Source: Candidatus Poribacteria bacterium (GTDB taxonomy: Bacteria > Poribacteria > WGA-4E > JAJDTR01). From it: 64,000 nucleotides of DNA. This document shows, piece by piece, positions 9,899 through 20,728 of this stretch (position 1 is the first letter of the stretch; each line of letters begins with the position of its first letter). The notes below the pieces were generated by a model that saw only the letters and a program-made list of their open reading frames with translations, ran no database searches and was not told where the DNA came from. The stretch lies in the NCBI GenBank assembly GCA_965222225.1, contig CBDCTK010000002.1:2976001-3040000 (forward strand), in the 5' to 3' direction. Position numbers and translations under genes: made by a program.

Positions 9899-11431
9899 AT
9901 GTCAATTAACGAGAGTATGCTGCTGCTCGACGAGGCACTGATCGACGACGAGAGCGGCATTGAACGAGAGATCCAGCCCGGGAAGAAAAGTGCATTTGTC
10001 ATGGAGCCTGACAGGGATAAATCGTGGGAGTATGGCGGGGCTGGAATGGGCAAATGCGTTTGCATTTACGGAACGACGCTTTACGATGATCTCATGGGGA
10101 ACTACCGGATGTGGTACGCCGGTCGAATGGGACCGCACTGGCGCTATGAGGGCAGCAACTATCAGATTCCCGGCTTGTACGTGCCTCGCACCGACGAGAA
10201 ACCGTACAATTACAACGGCGTAACTCAGGACAAATACGGACGAACTTTTGTGGACAATGACCGCGGCGACCTGACCTGCTATGCGGAGAGCGACGACGGA
10301 ATCAACTGGGTCAAACCAAATCTCGGCATTTTTACCTTTGACGGCAGTCCTGACAACAATATCATCTGGGATCTTCACGGCGCCTCGGTGCTTATCGACC
10401 GTGAAGAGCCGAATCCGGACAAAAGGTACAAGGCTATCGGCTTTTGTCGCCGCTACCGGAATATATTTCTCATCACGTCACCGGACGGCATCCGCTGGGA
10501 CGACAAGGACAACATCGAGCCTGTCGCACTTCGTGAGAACGAGGGCACGTTCAATGTGATTTGGGATCCTCATAGCCGGATATTTCGGGCGTATTCGATT
10601 GTTCGGTTCAATGACAGTGACAAGCGCCGGGTTATCTGTTATACTGAAAGTCCTTCTCTCGAAGGGCCTTGGAAGGACTCGCTGCCCATGCTGGAGCCCA
10701 CCCACTGGGACGATGAGATCGCGCGCCGAAAATTCGGCGCTCTGCGTGCGGAATTTCACAATCTGTCCGCCTTTCGTTACAATAACCTGTATCTCGGCTT
10801 GGTGGGCGCTCTGTATGTGACAGGGGAGCAGATTCCCGGAGAGAAGAACCAGATGCCGTGTAACGGACCGATTGATTCGCAAATCGTGTACAGCCGGGAT
10901 GGGATAAATTGGGCGCACGCCGACCGGGAGCGGACGCCGGCAATTCCTCGCGGCGACGCGGGCTCATTCGACAGCGGCATGATCGCCGGAACCGCCAAGG
11001 AGCCGATAATAAAGGGAGACGAGGTTCACTGGTACTACACCGGTTGTGATTACACGCACGGCGAAGTTGATCTGGACAAGAAGATGACCCGCGTGGGACG
11101 CGCCACGTGGCAACGGCACCGGTTCGTCGCGCTGAGCGCACAAGATGACGGTATGGTTACCACCAAGCCGGTGGCTTTACCTGCTGATGCGGATCATTTG
11201 GAAGTGAACGCGGATGCCGGAGGCGGGCAGGTGCGAGTCGAACTTTGCGGCGCGGATGGAAGGGCTTTGGAGGGGTTCTCTCGGGAGGAATGTCTCCCGT
11301 TGAGCACCGATGACCCGCGGTGGCGGGTCAGATGGAACGCCGCCGATATTTCAACAATCCACGGGGATGTGAAACTTCGGTTCCTACTGAATCGGAGCAA
11401 GCTGTACAGTTCCACATTCCGTAAGGGGTAA
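9899..11431 (+). CDS. GH32-like beta-propeller hypothetical hydrolase, copy 2 (tandem paralogue)
   Basis: Same length as copy 1 and colinear with it. Confidence 0.7.
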   Translation: MSINESMLLLDEALIDDESGIEREIQPGKKSAFVMEPDRDKSWEYGGAGMGKCVCIYGTTLYDDLMGNYRMWYAGRMGPHWRYEGSNYQIPGLYVPRTDEKPYNYNGVTQDKYGRTFVDNDRGDLTCYAESDDGINWVKPNLGIFTFDGSPDNNIIWDLHGASVLIDREEPNPDKRYKAIGFCRRYRNIFLITSPDGIRWDDKDNIEPVALRENEGTFNVIWDPHSRIFRAYSIVRFNDSDKRRVICYTESPSLEGPWKDSLPMLEPTHWDDEIARRKFGALRAEFHNLSAFRYNNLYLGLVGALYVTGEQIPGEKNQMPCNGPIDSQIVYSRDGINWAHADRERTPAIPRGDAGSFDSGMIAGTAKEPIIKGDEVHWYYTGCDYTHGEVDLDKKMTRVGRATWQRHRFVALSAQDDGMVTTKPVALPADADHLEVNADAGGGQVRVELCGADGRALEGFSREECLPLSTDDPRWRVRWNAADISTIHGDVKLRFLLNRSKLYSSTFRKG

Positions 11432-11444
11432 ACCAAGGAGTGAG

Positions 11445-12272
11445 ATGATGGAAAACAAACAGAACTCCGGATCGCAGCCGGGGTATGTGCAGGCAGGGAA
11501 GATTGATCTCTCTGGGAAGGTGGCGTTGGTCACCGGCGGCGGGCGCGGTATCGGCGCCACGATTTCGTTAGTGCTGGCGCAGGCGGGCGCGGATATCGCC
11601 ATCAACTATAGCAAAAGCCGTGAGGAGTCCGAGAGGATTCAGGGCAAGATCGAAGCAATGGGTCGGCGCGCCGTTACGATTGGCGCGGATGTCGGGGATA
11701 CCGGACAGTGCAGGGAATTGGCTCAAGGGGCAATTGAGGCGTTCGGGAGAGTGGATATCCTAGTGAACAACGCGGGGATGGGGCAGCCGCACAAGATTGT
11801 CGATACTCCCGACGAGGAATGGGACCGCGTGATGAACGTCAATGCTCGCGCCATGTTTGCGCTTGCCCGCGAACTGCTGCCGGGCATGATGGAGCGGAAG
11901 TTTGGGCGCGTCGTCTCGATTTCGTCAAATATCGCGGTGTACGGGCGAGGCGGCGGCTCTTTCGCCACTTACGGCGCGTCGAAGGCGGCGATGATTGCGC
12001 TGACCAAGGGGATTGCCCATGAGGGTGGACCTTATGTCACGGCAAACGCTATCTGCCCGGGGCCGACGAATAAAGATTTGGCGGAAGACAGAGCGACGCC
12101 GATAGCGATTCAGGAGGATGAACCGTTGAGTTGGCTCGGGATCCCGTTTTTGGTCGGTCGGAGAGGGACGGCGGAGGATGTCGCTCATGCCGTGAGTTTT
12201 TTCGCGTCGGACGCCGCGGAGTTTGTCACCGGGCAAACGTTGCATGTGAGCGGGGGGTTGTTCATGCCGTAG
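11445..12272 (+). CDS. SDR family NAD(P)-dependent oxidoreductase (FabG-like)
   Basis: TGGGRGIG, NNAG and YGASK motifs. Confidence 0.92.
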   Translation: MMENKQNSGSQPGYVQAGKIDLSGKVALVTGGGRGIGATISLVLAQAGADIAINYSKSREESERIQGKIEAMGRRAVTIGADVGDTGQCRELAQGAIEAFGRVDILVNNAGMGQPHKIVDTPDEEWDRVMNVNARAMFALARELLPGMMERKFGRVVSISSNIAVYGRGGGSFATYGASKAAMIALTKGIAHEGGPYVTANAICPGPTNKDLAEDRATPIAIQEDEPLSWLGIPFLVGRRGTAEDVAHAVSFFASDAAEFVTGQTLHVSGGLFMP

Positions 12273-12495
12273 GCGGCACAGCCGCGGGACGGCGCTTTGT
12301 GGAAGAGTAGGAGTGGAAGGATGGAGGATTTCCTTCCACGCTGTCCCGCTTCTGGTGTCGGAAGGTCGGGAGTCGGAATTCCCTCCTACGGGTGGCACAT
12401 GGTAGGAGCGATTAACCGACCGAATAGGAAGGGCGATAGAGTTCCCCTCCGAATCACGACAGCCAAATAATTGGGTTTCGCTAGGCTCAAAGGTT

Positions 12496-12516
12496 GGTGG
12501 GCAGTGCCCACCCTAC
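12496..12516. repeat. REP family B (ggtgggcagtgcccaccctac)
   Basis: Further copies near 4403, 37134, 55652 and 55681. Confidence 0.85.
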
Positions 12517-12541
12517 GAATGAACAAAGTCGAGATTAGGAT

Positions 12542-13333
12542 GTGCGCGTGAGTAATGCGATGGAAAGTTGGGGGGAGTTCGCCGTTGAGGTAAGGGGGCA
12601 GGCGTTGACGTGTTTGTTGGCGGAACCCAGCGAACTGTCAGACCGTCCGGCGCTGCTGTTGAATTTTGCGACGGACAGAGCGACTACGCTGAAAATGGAG
12701 CCTTATAGCATCACGCCCCGGATGTTCCTTGACGCGGGGCACCGCGCTCTGAGTTTTGGCCTGCCGTGTCACGGCGATCGGGCGGTTCCGGGTCAACCCA
12801 AAGGGATTGCGGGGTTCTGTGCGGAATGGGTGCGCGGCACGGACGTGTTCGCGGGATGTGTCGAAGAGGGGCATGCCGTTATTGATGCGCTGATTGAGCG
12901 CAAGCTTGCCGAACCCGACCGCATCTTTGTTTCCGGCAACTCGCGCGGAGGCTATTGCGCCTTACGTTTGATGGCGGCGGACGAGCGGATCAGAGCCGCG
13001 GCGGCGTTTTCCCCGGTGACGGATTGGCGGGTGTTGAAGGAGTTCGCGTCAGTCAAGAATGCGCCTGAGGTCGCGGATTTGGCGTTGACCTGTTTTTCCG
13101 CCGCGCTTGTTGGACGCACTGTCTGGACGGCAATCGGGAATTGCGACGCGCGGGTTGGAACGGATGCGTGTCTCCGGTTTGCGGAAGCCGTTCTCAGAGC
13201 GGAAGCGGAGGAAGGGTGTTCGTCCTCACAGTTCGTCGTGCACGTCGTGCCGGAGAGGGATCATCAGTTATCCGCCGATTGGCGGCGGCGCGGCGGGGAG
13301 TTTTTGTTGGAGTTACCGAGCGGAGAAGAGTAG
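12542..13333 (+). CDS. Alpha/beta hydrolase fold protein
   Basis: GNSRGG nucleophile elbow; D-x-R-V and C-terminal H. Confidence 0.7.
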   Translation: MRVSNAMESWGEFAVEVRGQALTCLLAEPSELSDRPALLLNFATDRATTLKMEPYSITPRMFLDAGHRALSFGLPCHGDRAVPGQPKGIAGFCAEWVRGTDVFAGCVEEGHAVIDALIERKLAEPDRIFVSGNSRGGYCALRLMAADERIRAAAAFSPVTDWRVLKEFASVKNAPEVADLALTCFSAALVGRTVWTAIGNCDARVGTDACLRFAEAVLRAEAEEGCSSSQFVVHVVPERDHQLSADWRRRGGEFLLELPSGEE

Positions 13334-13826
13334 GATTGGAAGGGGGGAAGGATGGAAGAATCCCTTTCATACCATCCGCTGGGGCGGAATGTCGGGAATC
13401 GGACGGGATCTCTATCGATCAAATGAGCGAATAGCGAATGCGATAGAGATCCCAAGGCGATAGCAAATCCGGCTCCTTATTCAGTCGTCTGATGGTCTGG
13501 ATTTGTCAATCCAGCAGTATCAAGCAATTAGGGAGTTTCAGGGAATAGCGATTGTGCGAGATTTTCTATGGGAACGCTATCGCGCTCATTATCCATTCGC
13601 TTGATCGTTGGGTTTCGCTGGGCTCAACCCAACCTATGAACTGTCGCCCTAATAGCGCTTTTAGAGGCTAGTGGGCAGTAAGAGAGGAAATCGACGATTT
13701 GATGATCGTCGATCCCACCCTACAAGGGACTATGGCGTCGGAAGGTCGGGAATCGGAATTCCCTCCTAACAGGGGGCGCGAGATATATCATGTCTATCTA
13801 TGTGTGAATACTCTCTAGGAGTTAAT

Positions 13827-14867
13827 ATGAGCATGAATAGCGAAAGATTATATACCCCGCTTCCGTTTAAGGCGAAGCGTGCCGCAAGTTGGAATCGTGA
13901 AGGATATAACAGGGACGGGAAAATATTTCCCGCCTCTCAAGCAAGCGTTCTCGCGGACATTCCCGGACCGGGGATGATTGTTCACATCTGGTTCGCCCTT
14001 AGTAATGCTTACAACGCTGTTGAGCCGCTTTTTCTGCGGAAGAACAGCTTGGAGTTCTATTGGGATGACAACGAATTCCCTAGCGTGCGGGTGCCGTTCG
14101 GTGACTTCTTTGGAGTCGGGCATGGGACGATTCGGAGTTATTCCTCAGCGTTGTTCGAGATGTCGGTGAATCCCGGTGCGTCAACAGCCGCGTTTAACTG
14201 CTGGGTGAAGATGCCGTTTCGCAAACGCGCCAGAGTGGTCGTCAATAACGAATCCGATGTGGAGATTCGACTCTTTTACTACTTTGATTACCAGGAAATG
14301 GAGAGTCTGCCCGAAAAGTTATACTATTTCCATTCGGGTTGGAGGGCGGAAATGCCGCGTCCGGCGACGCCGTTGATTGACGGGAAGGAGGGCCCCAACC
14401 TCACCGGTGATGACAATTACTGTATCTTGGATACGAGGGGCGAGGGAAATTTTTTGGGATGCAGCCTGAGCGTAGACAACTTCAGCGGCGGTTGGTGGGG
14501 AGAAGGGGATGACATGTTCTTCATTGATGACGAACCGTTTCCCGGCTCACTGCATGGAACCGGCAGCGAGGATTATTTCAACCAAGCGTGGGGCATGCAG
14601 AATTGCTGCTATCCGTATGCGGGGACACCGTTGTTCAACACCGATCACCTGAATTGGGAGGGTCAATGGTCGATGTACCGCTATCATATTCAGGATCCGA
14701 TTCCGTTCACTAAATCGCTGCGAGCCACGATAGAGAACGGTCACAACAACCATCGAAGCGACGATTATTCATCGACGGCGTATTGGTATCAGTATCCGAT
14801 TGTCGAAGCGCTGGAGCTGCCGGAGGTGGAGAAACGCTTGCCCAGACAGCATGAATACCCGAGTTGA
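13827..14867 (+). CDS. DUF2961 / GH172 family protein
   Basis: GPGMIVHIW, VPFGDFFG, WWGEGDDMFFID, GTGSEDYF and YRYHIQDPIPF motifs. Confidence 0.9.
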   Translation: MSMNSERLYTPLPFKAKRAASWNREGYNRDGKIFPASQASVLADIPGPGMIVHIWFALSNAYNAVEPLFLRKNSLEFYWDDNEFPSVRVPFGDFFGVGHGTIRSYSSALFEMSVNPGASTAAFNCWVKMPFRKRARVVVNNESDVEIRLFYYFDYQEMESLPEKLYYFHSGWRAEMPRPATPLIDGKEGPNLTGDDNYCILDTRGEGNFLGCSLSVDNFSGGWWGEGDDMFFIDDEPFPGSLHGTGSEDYFNQAWGMQNCCYPYAGTPLFNTDHLNWEGQWSMYRYHIQDPIPFTKSLRATIENGHNNHRSDDYSSTAYWYQYPIVEALELPEVEKRLPRQHEYPS

Positions 14868-14908
14868 GTTGGCAATGATAAAGATGTGTAACGAATTGGA
14901 GGCAGTTC

Positions 14909-16273
14909 ATGGAGCTCTTTTTCGCGACAGTGCTGATGGCGACCATGGCAGGTAACCTGCCCGGAAACCACAGCCAGAACCACATATCCGAACGCGGATT
15001 GCGCCTGCTCTTTTGGGAGCAGGAGGACATTGCCGACCCTTTCGGCAGGATTGAGTTTGGCGCTGAGCCGTTGCAAAATCTTGGGGCCGCGTCCGGCTAC
15101 CCTCACATGCAGTATGGCTGCCAAGCGCCCAGAGCCGAGGGCGGCAGTTTCATCTATGGGTGGCGGGTTCAGAATTGGAGCGATTCGAGCAATCGGGTGC
15201 TTGAGGTCGTTCGATGCGCAACGGAAGACGGACTAACGTTTTTCGATGAACAGGTCGTCTTTTCTCACGGTCAAACCGCTTGGCAGGGGTTCGCAAATAT
15301 CGTTCGTCGTCCGGACGACGGAGCGATATTCCTCTTTTCTTGGGCTGAAGCCCGCCTGTATGTTTTCGGCAGCGATGATGGGGAGAATTTCGCGTTGTTG
15401 ACAAAAGAGGCGTATGTGGGTCACGACGCGATGTGTGTCACCTGGTATTCACCCTTTGGTCAGTTTCTCAATTACCAGACGGTGACACAACCTTACCCGA
15501 AGCGCTATCCTGACAATATTGGAGCCTACCGCCGTGTGCTTTCTTTCCTGCGGTCGGCGGACGGCGTCAACTGGGAATCCTTTTCTCCATCGTTTCTCGG
15601 GAGCCAAGAGCTGTGGCTTCCAGATTCAGCCGATCCTGCGGATCTCGAGTTCTATCGATGTGTGGTGTTTCCCTATCTGGGGCGCTACGCCATGCTACTT
15701 GCCGATTACATGCCACCCCCCGCGGAAGCCAACTCGCGGCGCGCCACCTCGAAGCACGGACCGTCTTATATGGCGGAATGGGCGATTAGCCGAGACGGGC
15801 TAAACTGGAAGCGCACATTTCGAGACACGAACGCATACATGTTTCAGTTCTGGCTGGCAATCCAGGGGCCGCTGGTTCGCGATGGGGTGCTCCGATTCTA
15901 TCATCCGGAGGGTAGAATCGCGGGTCTGCCCTCGGATCGAATCTTCTATGCGACCTGCCGCGCGAACGGTGAATTTTCAACCCCGCCCTTTTCGATGCCG
16001 GCGGGGGGACTGTTTCTCAATGCCTACGCCATGTATCGCGCGGTGGAGCGTCCAAATGGACAGGCTTACATCATGGCGGAGTTGCGTGATGCGGAGGGAG
16101 GAGTGATTGCAGGATATGAACGAACGAAGTGTCTTTTCGAGGATTGTGACGGGAGGGAGTTGCCGTTGGTTTGGGAGGGAAAGAACGGCAGCGAACTCGC
16201 CGGGAAACAAGTGAGGGTGCGTTTGTTCCTGCGAGATGCCAAAATTTATGGCATCACATCAGCCGCCAAATGA
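14909..16273 (+). CDS. Hypothetical beta-propeller protein with the same C-terminal sandwich as the GH32-like genes
   Basis: SADGVNW, SRDGLNW and VRVRLFLRDAKIY motifs. Confidence 0.6.
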   Translation: MELFFATVLMATMAGNLPGNHSQNHISERGLRLLFWEQEDIADPFGRIEFGAEPLQNLGAASGYPHMQYGCQAPRAEGGSFIYGWRVQNWSDSSNRVLEVVRCATEDGLTFFDEQVVFSHGQTAWQGFANIVRRPDDGAIFLFSWAEARLYVFGSDDGENFALLTKEAYVGHDAMCVTWYSPFGQFLNYQTVTQPYPKRYPDNIGAYRRVLSFLRSADGVNWESFSPSFLGSQELWLPDSADPADLEFYRCVVFPYLGRYAMLLADYMPPPAEANSRRATSKHGPSYMAEWAISRDGLNWKRTFRDTNAYMFQFWLAIQGPLVRDGVLRFYHPEGRIAGLPSDRIFYATCRANGEFSTPPFSMPAGGLFLNAYAMYRAVERPNGQAYIMAELRDAEGGVIAGYERTKCLFEDCDGRELPLVWEGKNGSELAGKQVRVRLFLRDAKIYGITSAAK

Positions 16274-16524
16274 GGCTTGGGTTCTCAAGGGATCAAGCGA
16301 CCGAACAGGGAGCGCGATAGCAATCCCATAGAGATTCTCCCAACCCGACCCGCGAGGAGATCTCTATCGGAGTTCTATCGCAGTCATTATTCATTCCTTT
16401 GATCCTCCTACGATTACGCACACGCGCAACATAAATGTCAACAATATCTAGTAACTTATTGTGTTTCAATGTTGAGCCTTTGGCTCTTTCACAGTATATG
16501 GTAATACAATTTACGAGGTGAAAT

Positions 16525-17394
16525 ATGGCAAGAATAAACCGAGCAATCGAGTTGCTTGAGCAGGGACAGCCGCTTTACTACACTTCACCCGGGGAACGCA
16601 GCTACGAGGGAGGCATTGAAGCCGTAGGGACATGGGCGGATTATCTCATGTATGATATGGAGCACGGTGTGTATGACATCCCCGCGCTTGAGGATTTCAT
16701 GCGCGGTCTCGTCGCAGGGGGACCGACGCGAAGCGGACACCGCACGCCGACGGTGATTGTGACGCTGCCGACCGACGGCACGAATGAGGATGTCGTGCGT
16801 TCGAATGCGTGGATGATTAAGCAGGTGTTGGCGATAGGTGTCCACGGGATTCTGCTGTGTCATGCGGAAACCGCGGGCGCGGCAAAGGCGCTGGTGGAGT
16901 CGGCACGTTACCCGTTCCAGACGATTGGCGTCGGCGAGGGACTGGATGTCGGACGCCGCGGGGCGGGCGGACAGGGAAGAGCGGCGGAGATTTGGGGCGT
17001 GTCGGTGCAAGAGTACCTCGAACTGGCGGATCCCTGGCCGTTAAATCCGAAGGGCGAGTTAATGTTGGGGTTGAAGGTCGAAAATCAGCGGGCGCTTGCC
17101 AACGTTGAAGCGAGCACAAGCGTGCCCGGCATCGCTTTCGCGGAATGGGGACCGTCCGATATGGGGATGTCGTTCGGGTCTGCACCACCGCACAACGCGC
17201 CGTACCCCGACGATATGCGAAATGCGCGATCGCGAGTCAAGGCGGCCTGCGATGCCGTGAATATCGCCTTTTTGAACAGAACGGCTCCAGACGACGTCAC
17301 CGAGATGATTGACGAGGCGGTCAAAATTGGCGCGGGAGGCGAGGAAGCCGCCGAGATTGGCAGGAAGTACACTAAGCGCACCATGCCGTGGTAG
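16525..17394 (+). CDS. HpcH/HpaI aldolase / citrate lyase family protein
   Basis: DMEHG, KQVLAIGVHG and GPSDMGMS motifs; GAGGTG SD. Confidence 0.85.
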   Translation: MARINRAIELLEQGQPLYYTSPGERSYEGGIEAVGTWADYLMYDMEHGVYDIPALEDFMRGLVAGGPTRSGHRTPTVIVTLPTDGTNEDVVRSNAWMIKQVLAIGVHGILLCHAETAGAAKALVESARYPFQTIGVGEGLDVGRRGAGGQGRAAEIWGVSVQEYLELADPWPLNPKGELMLGLKVENQRALANVEASTSVPGIAFAEWGPSDMGMSFGSAPPHNAPYPDDMRNARSRVKAACDAVNIAFLNRTAPDDVTEMIDEAVKIGAGGEEAAEIGRKYTKRTMPW

Positions 17395-17452
17395 GACGCG
17401 GTGTGACCGTTGGTTCTGTACGTACTGATTTTCACAACATCGGAGAACTTGC

Positions 17453-18359
17453 ATGGTATTTCCAAAACATGGATTATCGCTTAGAGGTCCCACAGCTTAC
17501 GGGATTCTCGCTTTGGTTCTCTTGATGGGCGCTTGCTTTTCAAGCTGCGATCAACTTCAACGTGTCATTGAATTCGCGGCATCGGAAACGTCTGACGGCG
17601 CAGCTACGGTCAAAATCGGCTTTATTCACAGCCCGCCCGACCCGGGAACAACTCGGAATGGCGCCGAATTGGATGTTGCTCTTGCGAACGAAGCCGAGGG
17701 CGGCGGTGCTCACAGAAACAGGCGACACCTACTCGGAAGGACTATCGACCGCCTTCAACGAACATTTCACCGCGGGAGGCGGCACAATTGCGGTTCACCG
17801 GTTTTATGACACGGGCGCAACAGATTTCACGGAGCAATTGACGGCAATTGCCGCGGTTGAGCCGCCGGTTGATGTCGTTTTCCTCGCCGGCTTTGGCTCC
17901 GAGTTTCCGGTTGCCGTCAAGCAGGCGAAATCCGCCGATTTCGGTATTCGTGCAACCTTCCTCGGCGGCGATGGCTGGGATCGTCCGGACCTAGTTGAAA
18001 TAGGCGGGATGGCGGTTGAAGGGAGTTTTTTTGTGAATCACTTTTCGTCCGGCGGTGACCCGGAACGGTTAAGCGAAGAGGGACGGAAATTTGTAGCCGC
18101 CTATACGGAGATGTTTGGTGTCGCGCCCGACGGGCCTGCGGCGCTTGGATATGATTCCGCCACGATTGTTATTCAAGCGATGCGGCGAGCAACCGACGCA
18201 ACGCCCGCATCAATTCGCGATGAAATTGAGGCGACGCAGGATTACAGCGGCGCAATAACGCTGTCGCATTTCGACGAAAATCGGTATGCCATCAAAAGCG
18301 CGGTCATCAACACCGTGAAAGACGGGGGAATTCAGTTCTATCAAGCGATTGAACCGTGA
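17453..18359 (+). pseudogene. Branched-chain amino acid ABC substrate-binding protein (LivJ-like) with an internal deletion and frameshift near 17697
   Basis: The N-terminal frame (VKIGFI...NGAELDVALANEA) joins out of frame to RAAVL...YSEGL...DFTEQL...GGDGW...ALGYD. Confidence 0.75.
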
Positions 18360-18450
18360 TTGTTGTGGGAGGGGATTTCGCTTCCCGTCAATACGTCGCG
18401 ATTCGGAGATCGCTCCTACCGTGCTCGTTATTCACTCGGTTGATGCCAAC

Positions 18451-19362
18451 TTACGTGTTGAGGGCGCTGACGCCGAATTCGGTGTCAAAGTCACGCCAGA
18501 TTTCGGGCGGGATGGGCGCGGTGGCGGCTTCATACCCCTCCTCGACCTGCCGTTTGTCCGCGGGACCGAACATAACGATGCCGTCGATGGGCGCGGCGAG
18601 GCAGAACTGCACCGCCAAGTGACGGATGTTCACGCTCCGCGTTTGACACCATTTCCACATGGCGTGCGCCCTAGGCTTGGCGTCGGGATTCTCTTTTCTT
18701 GCACGGCGGAGTTCATCCTCTCGATTTGGCTCTTCACCGGAGAGTGCGCCCATCCCCATGGGGCTCGCGAGGATTATTCCGACATCATGTTTCCGTGCCA
18801 GCGGCAGCGTGGTTTGGGCAGCCGATTGCTCCAGCAGGGTGTAGTCCAGGAAGGTCAAAACGATGTCGATATGTCCGGTTTCGATGGCGCGTTGATGAAA
18901 TTCGTGTTGACGCACACCGAGACCGAGGTGCCGGATGAGCCCTTCCTCTTTCATCTTTATCAATTCGTCCAAAGCGTGACCGGGGGCGAGGGGATTCTCA
19001 ATGTCAATCGGATCGTGGATTAGGACGGAATCCAGATAGTCCGTCTTGAGGTCCGCGAGGCTGTTCTCCACGCTGCAGCGCGTCGCCGAGGCGGAGAAGT
19101 CTTTCCTGCCCGCTTCCGTCGGCGGACTCACCTTGGCTTGCAGGTAGACTTTCTGGCGCAAGCCACCCTCCAAGGCTTTCCCCCAGCGATCTTCCTGTCT
19201 TCTGGGGTAGGTGTCGATGTAATTGATGCCCAAGTCAATCGCGCGATGAACCGCGTCAATCGTCTCGCGTTCCGAGCCATTAGCCAACCACGCAGCGCCC
19301 AGCCCAAGGGATGCGGGCCGCATCTCGGTGCGCCCCATTCGCCGCGTTTCCAGTCCTGCCAT
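18451..19362 (-). CDS. Aldo/keto reductase
   Basis: LGLGAA, GINYIDT, SLADLKTDYLDSVLIHD and GLIRHLGLG motifs. Confidence 0.92.
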   Translation of the reverse strand: MAGLETRRMGRTEMRPASLGLGAAWLANGSERETIDAVHRAIDLGINYIDTYPRRQEDRWGKALEGGLRQKVYLQAKVSPPTEAGRKDFSASATRCSVENSLADLKTDYLDSVLIHDPIDIENPLAPGHALDELIKMKEEGLIRHLGLGVRQHEFHQRAIETGHIDIVLTFLDYTLLEQSAAQTTLPLARKHDVGIILASPMGMGALSGEEPNREDELRRARKENPDAKPRAHAMWKWCQTRSVNIRHLAVQFCLAAPIDGIVMFGPADKRQVEEGYEAATAPIPPEIWRDFDTEFGVSALNT

Positions 19363-20005
19363 GCTATCTCCCGAGTTGCCATTTTGTCGTTATAGAATAT
19401 CCATAGGGTGACCGATCCGCCGCCGTTCACGAGCCAATTTTGTTGAGGAATGCGTCACGGGCTGCCTGCGTCACTATAGCGCGGATTCGGTAATTGAATC
19501 AAGGGAAAAGTTTGAGTGAGTTGGGAACGCAGATCTGCGTTACGTTCAATCATGGGATGGCACAGGTGTCGTCCCTTGCAATTTCGTGTGAGTAGGGGGG
19601 CGTGTCACGATTGCCAGTAGGAGGAAGTTCCGAATCCCTTTAATCAGTTTGGGGTCAAATGGTTCTACTTTTCTAGGCTAATGTAACATACGATTTTTAG
19701 ATTGGAAGCTTAACATATGTGCGGTATATTTTAAGTAGAAATCAGGTGGTTGTGTCAGACAAATTGACGCTACCGAGATTTCGATAGGAGAAATAGGTTT
19801 CAAGATTGCCTGAAATCTATTTGTTTGGATTTACGCCGTTGAACGCTTGAAGCCCTGTAGTTCGGAGATTCATCGCCGAGAACGCGTCCCGAGACGCCAT
19901 AAGAATCGGGCAACTACAGGCTAAAATGCGTAAGTCCCATTATTACTACAACTTACTTTGTATAGGGACATACCGCCCTTGCAAAACAGATAAAGGAGAT
20001 TTATC

Positions 20006-20461
20006 ATGCCAGATAATCCTGTAGAGAAACGAGTAAACCAAACCACCGATGATTGGACAGCCGAGGCGTTCACCAGATACGAAGGTCACGAGGTGTCTGG
20101 TCCCATGACGTACAGCAAAACGAAGCACGACTGGGAAATTACCAACACCAGCGGTGAAGATTTGGAAATTGATTGGGAATGCCAGCATGAAGTCACACGG
20201 GAAAATGACGCCAATTTCAATGAGCGAATGACACGCCATGATGAATTTGTTGAATTCCCGGCTGGTGCCACACTACGATATCAATGGCCGCATTTAGTAA
20301 ATAGTAACGACTGGTTCACATTGACAGGTAGATTTTTTGTTCGGCATTACACCGAAGTCAGGGTCTTCAAGCAAGCCGCTGGTGCGCCTAGACAGAACCG
20401 TGGCAGTATAAAGGCGGGTGAACTGGTACACGATTTCACAATTGACGGCGATGACGATTAG
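20006..20461 (+). CDS. Hypothetical protein
   Basis: 151-aa ORF with AAGGAG SD; no recognisable motif. Confidence 0.6.
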   Translation: MPDNPVEKRVNQTTDDWTAEAFTRYEGHEVSGPMTYSKTKHDWEITNTSGEDLEIDWECQHEVTRENDANFNERMTRHDEFVEFPAGATLRYQWPHLVNSNDWFTLTGRFFVRHYTEVRVFKQAAGAPRQNRGSIKAGELVHDFTIDGDDD

Positions 20462-20563
20462 AGCGCTCTTGTTCCGTACTTTACGCCAGGGATTTATATA
20501 GAATAGTGGTGCCATTGCCCGTATTTTGAACGCTTGTCCAAAATTTGAGCACGTTAGACTGCC

Positions 20564-20728
20564 TTATAGTCTTACAGCAGGTCTTTGCATCGCCATTTTT
20601 GTAAATTCCTTGGTGAACTGTCGATAATCACGACACTTTTCTTCGAATGCATGATTCGAGCGTTCTTCGGCGCGCGCAATACGTTTGAGTTTAGCTCGTT
20701 CTTTGGAACGGCGTTTTCCGATTCCCAT
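20564..20728 (-). CDS. Unannotated 54-aa basic small protein (MGIGKRRSKERAKLKRIARAEERSNHAFEEKCRDYRQFTKEFTKMAMQRPAVRL)
   Basis: AAGGAGGTGA SD directly upstream; extended -10 TGGTATAAT at 20834-20826. Confidence 0.6.
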   Translation of the reverse strand: MGIGKRRSKERAKLKRIARAEERSNHAFEEKCRDYRQFTKEFTKMAMQRPAVRL

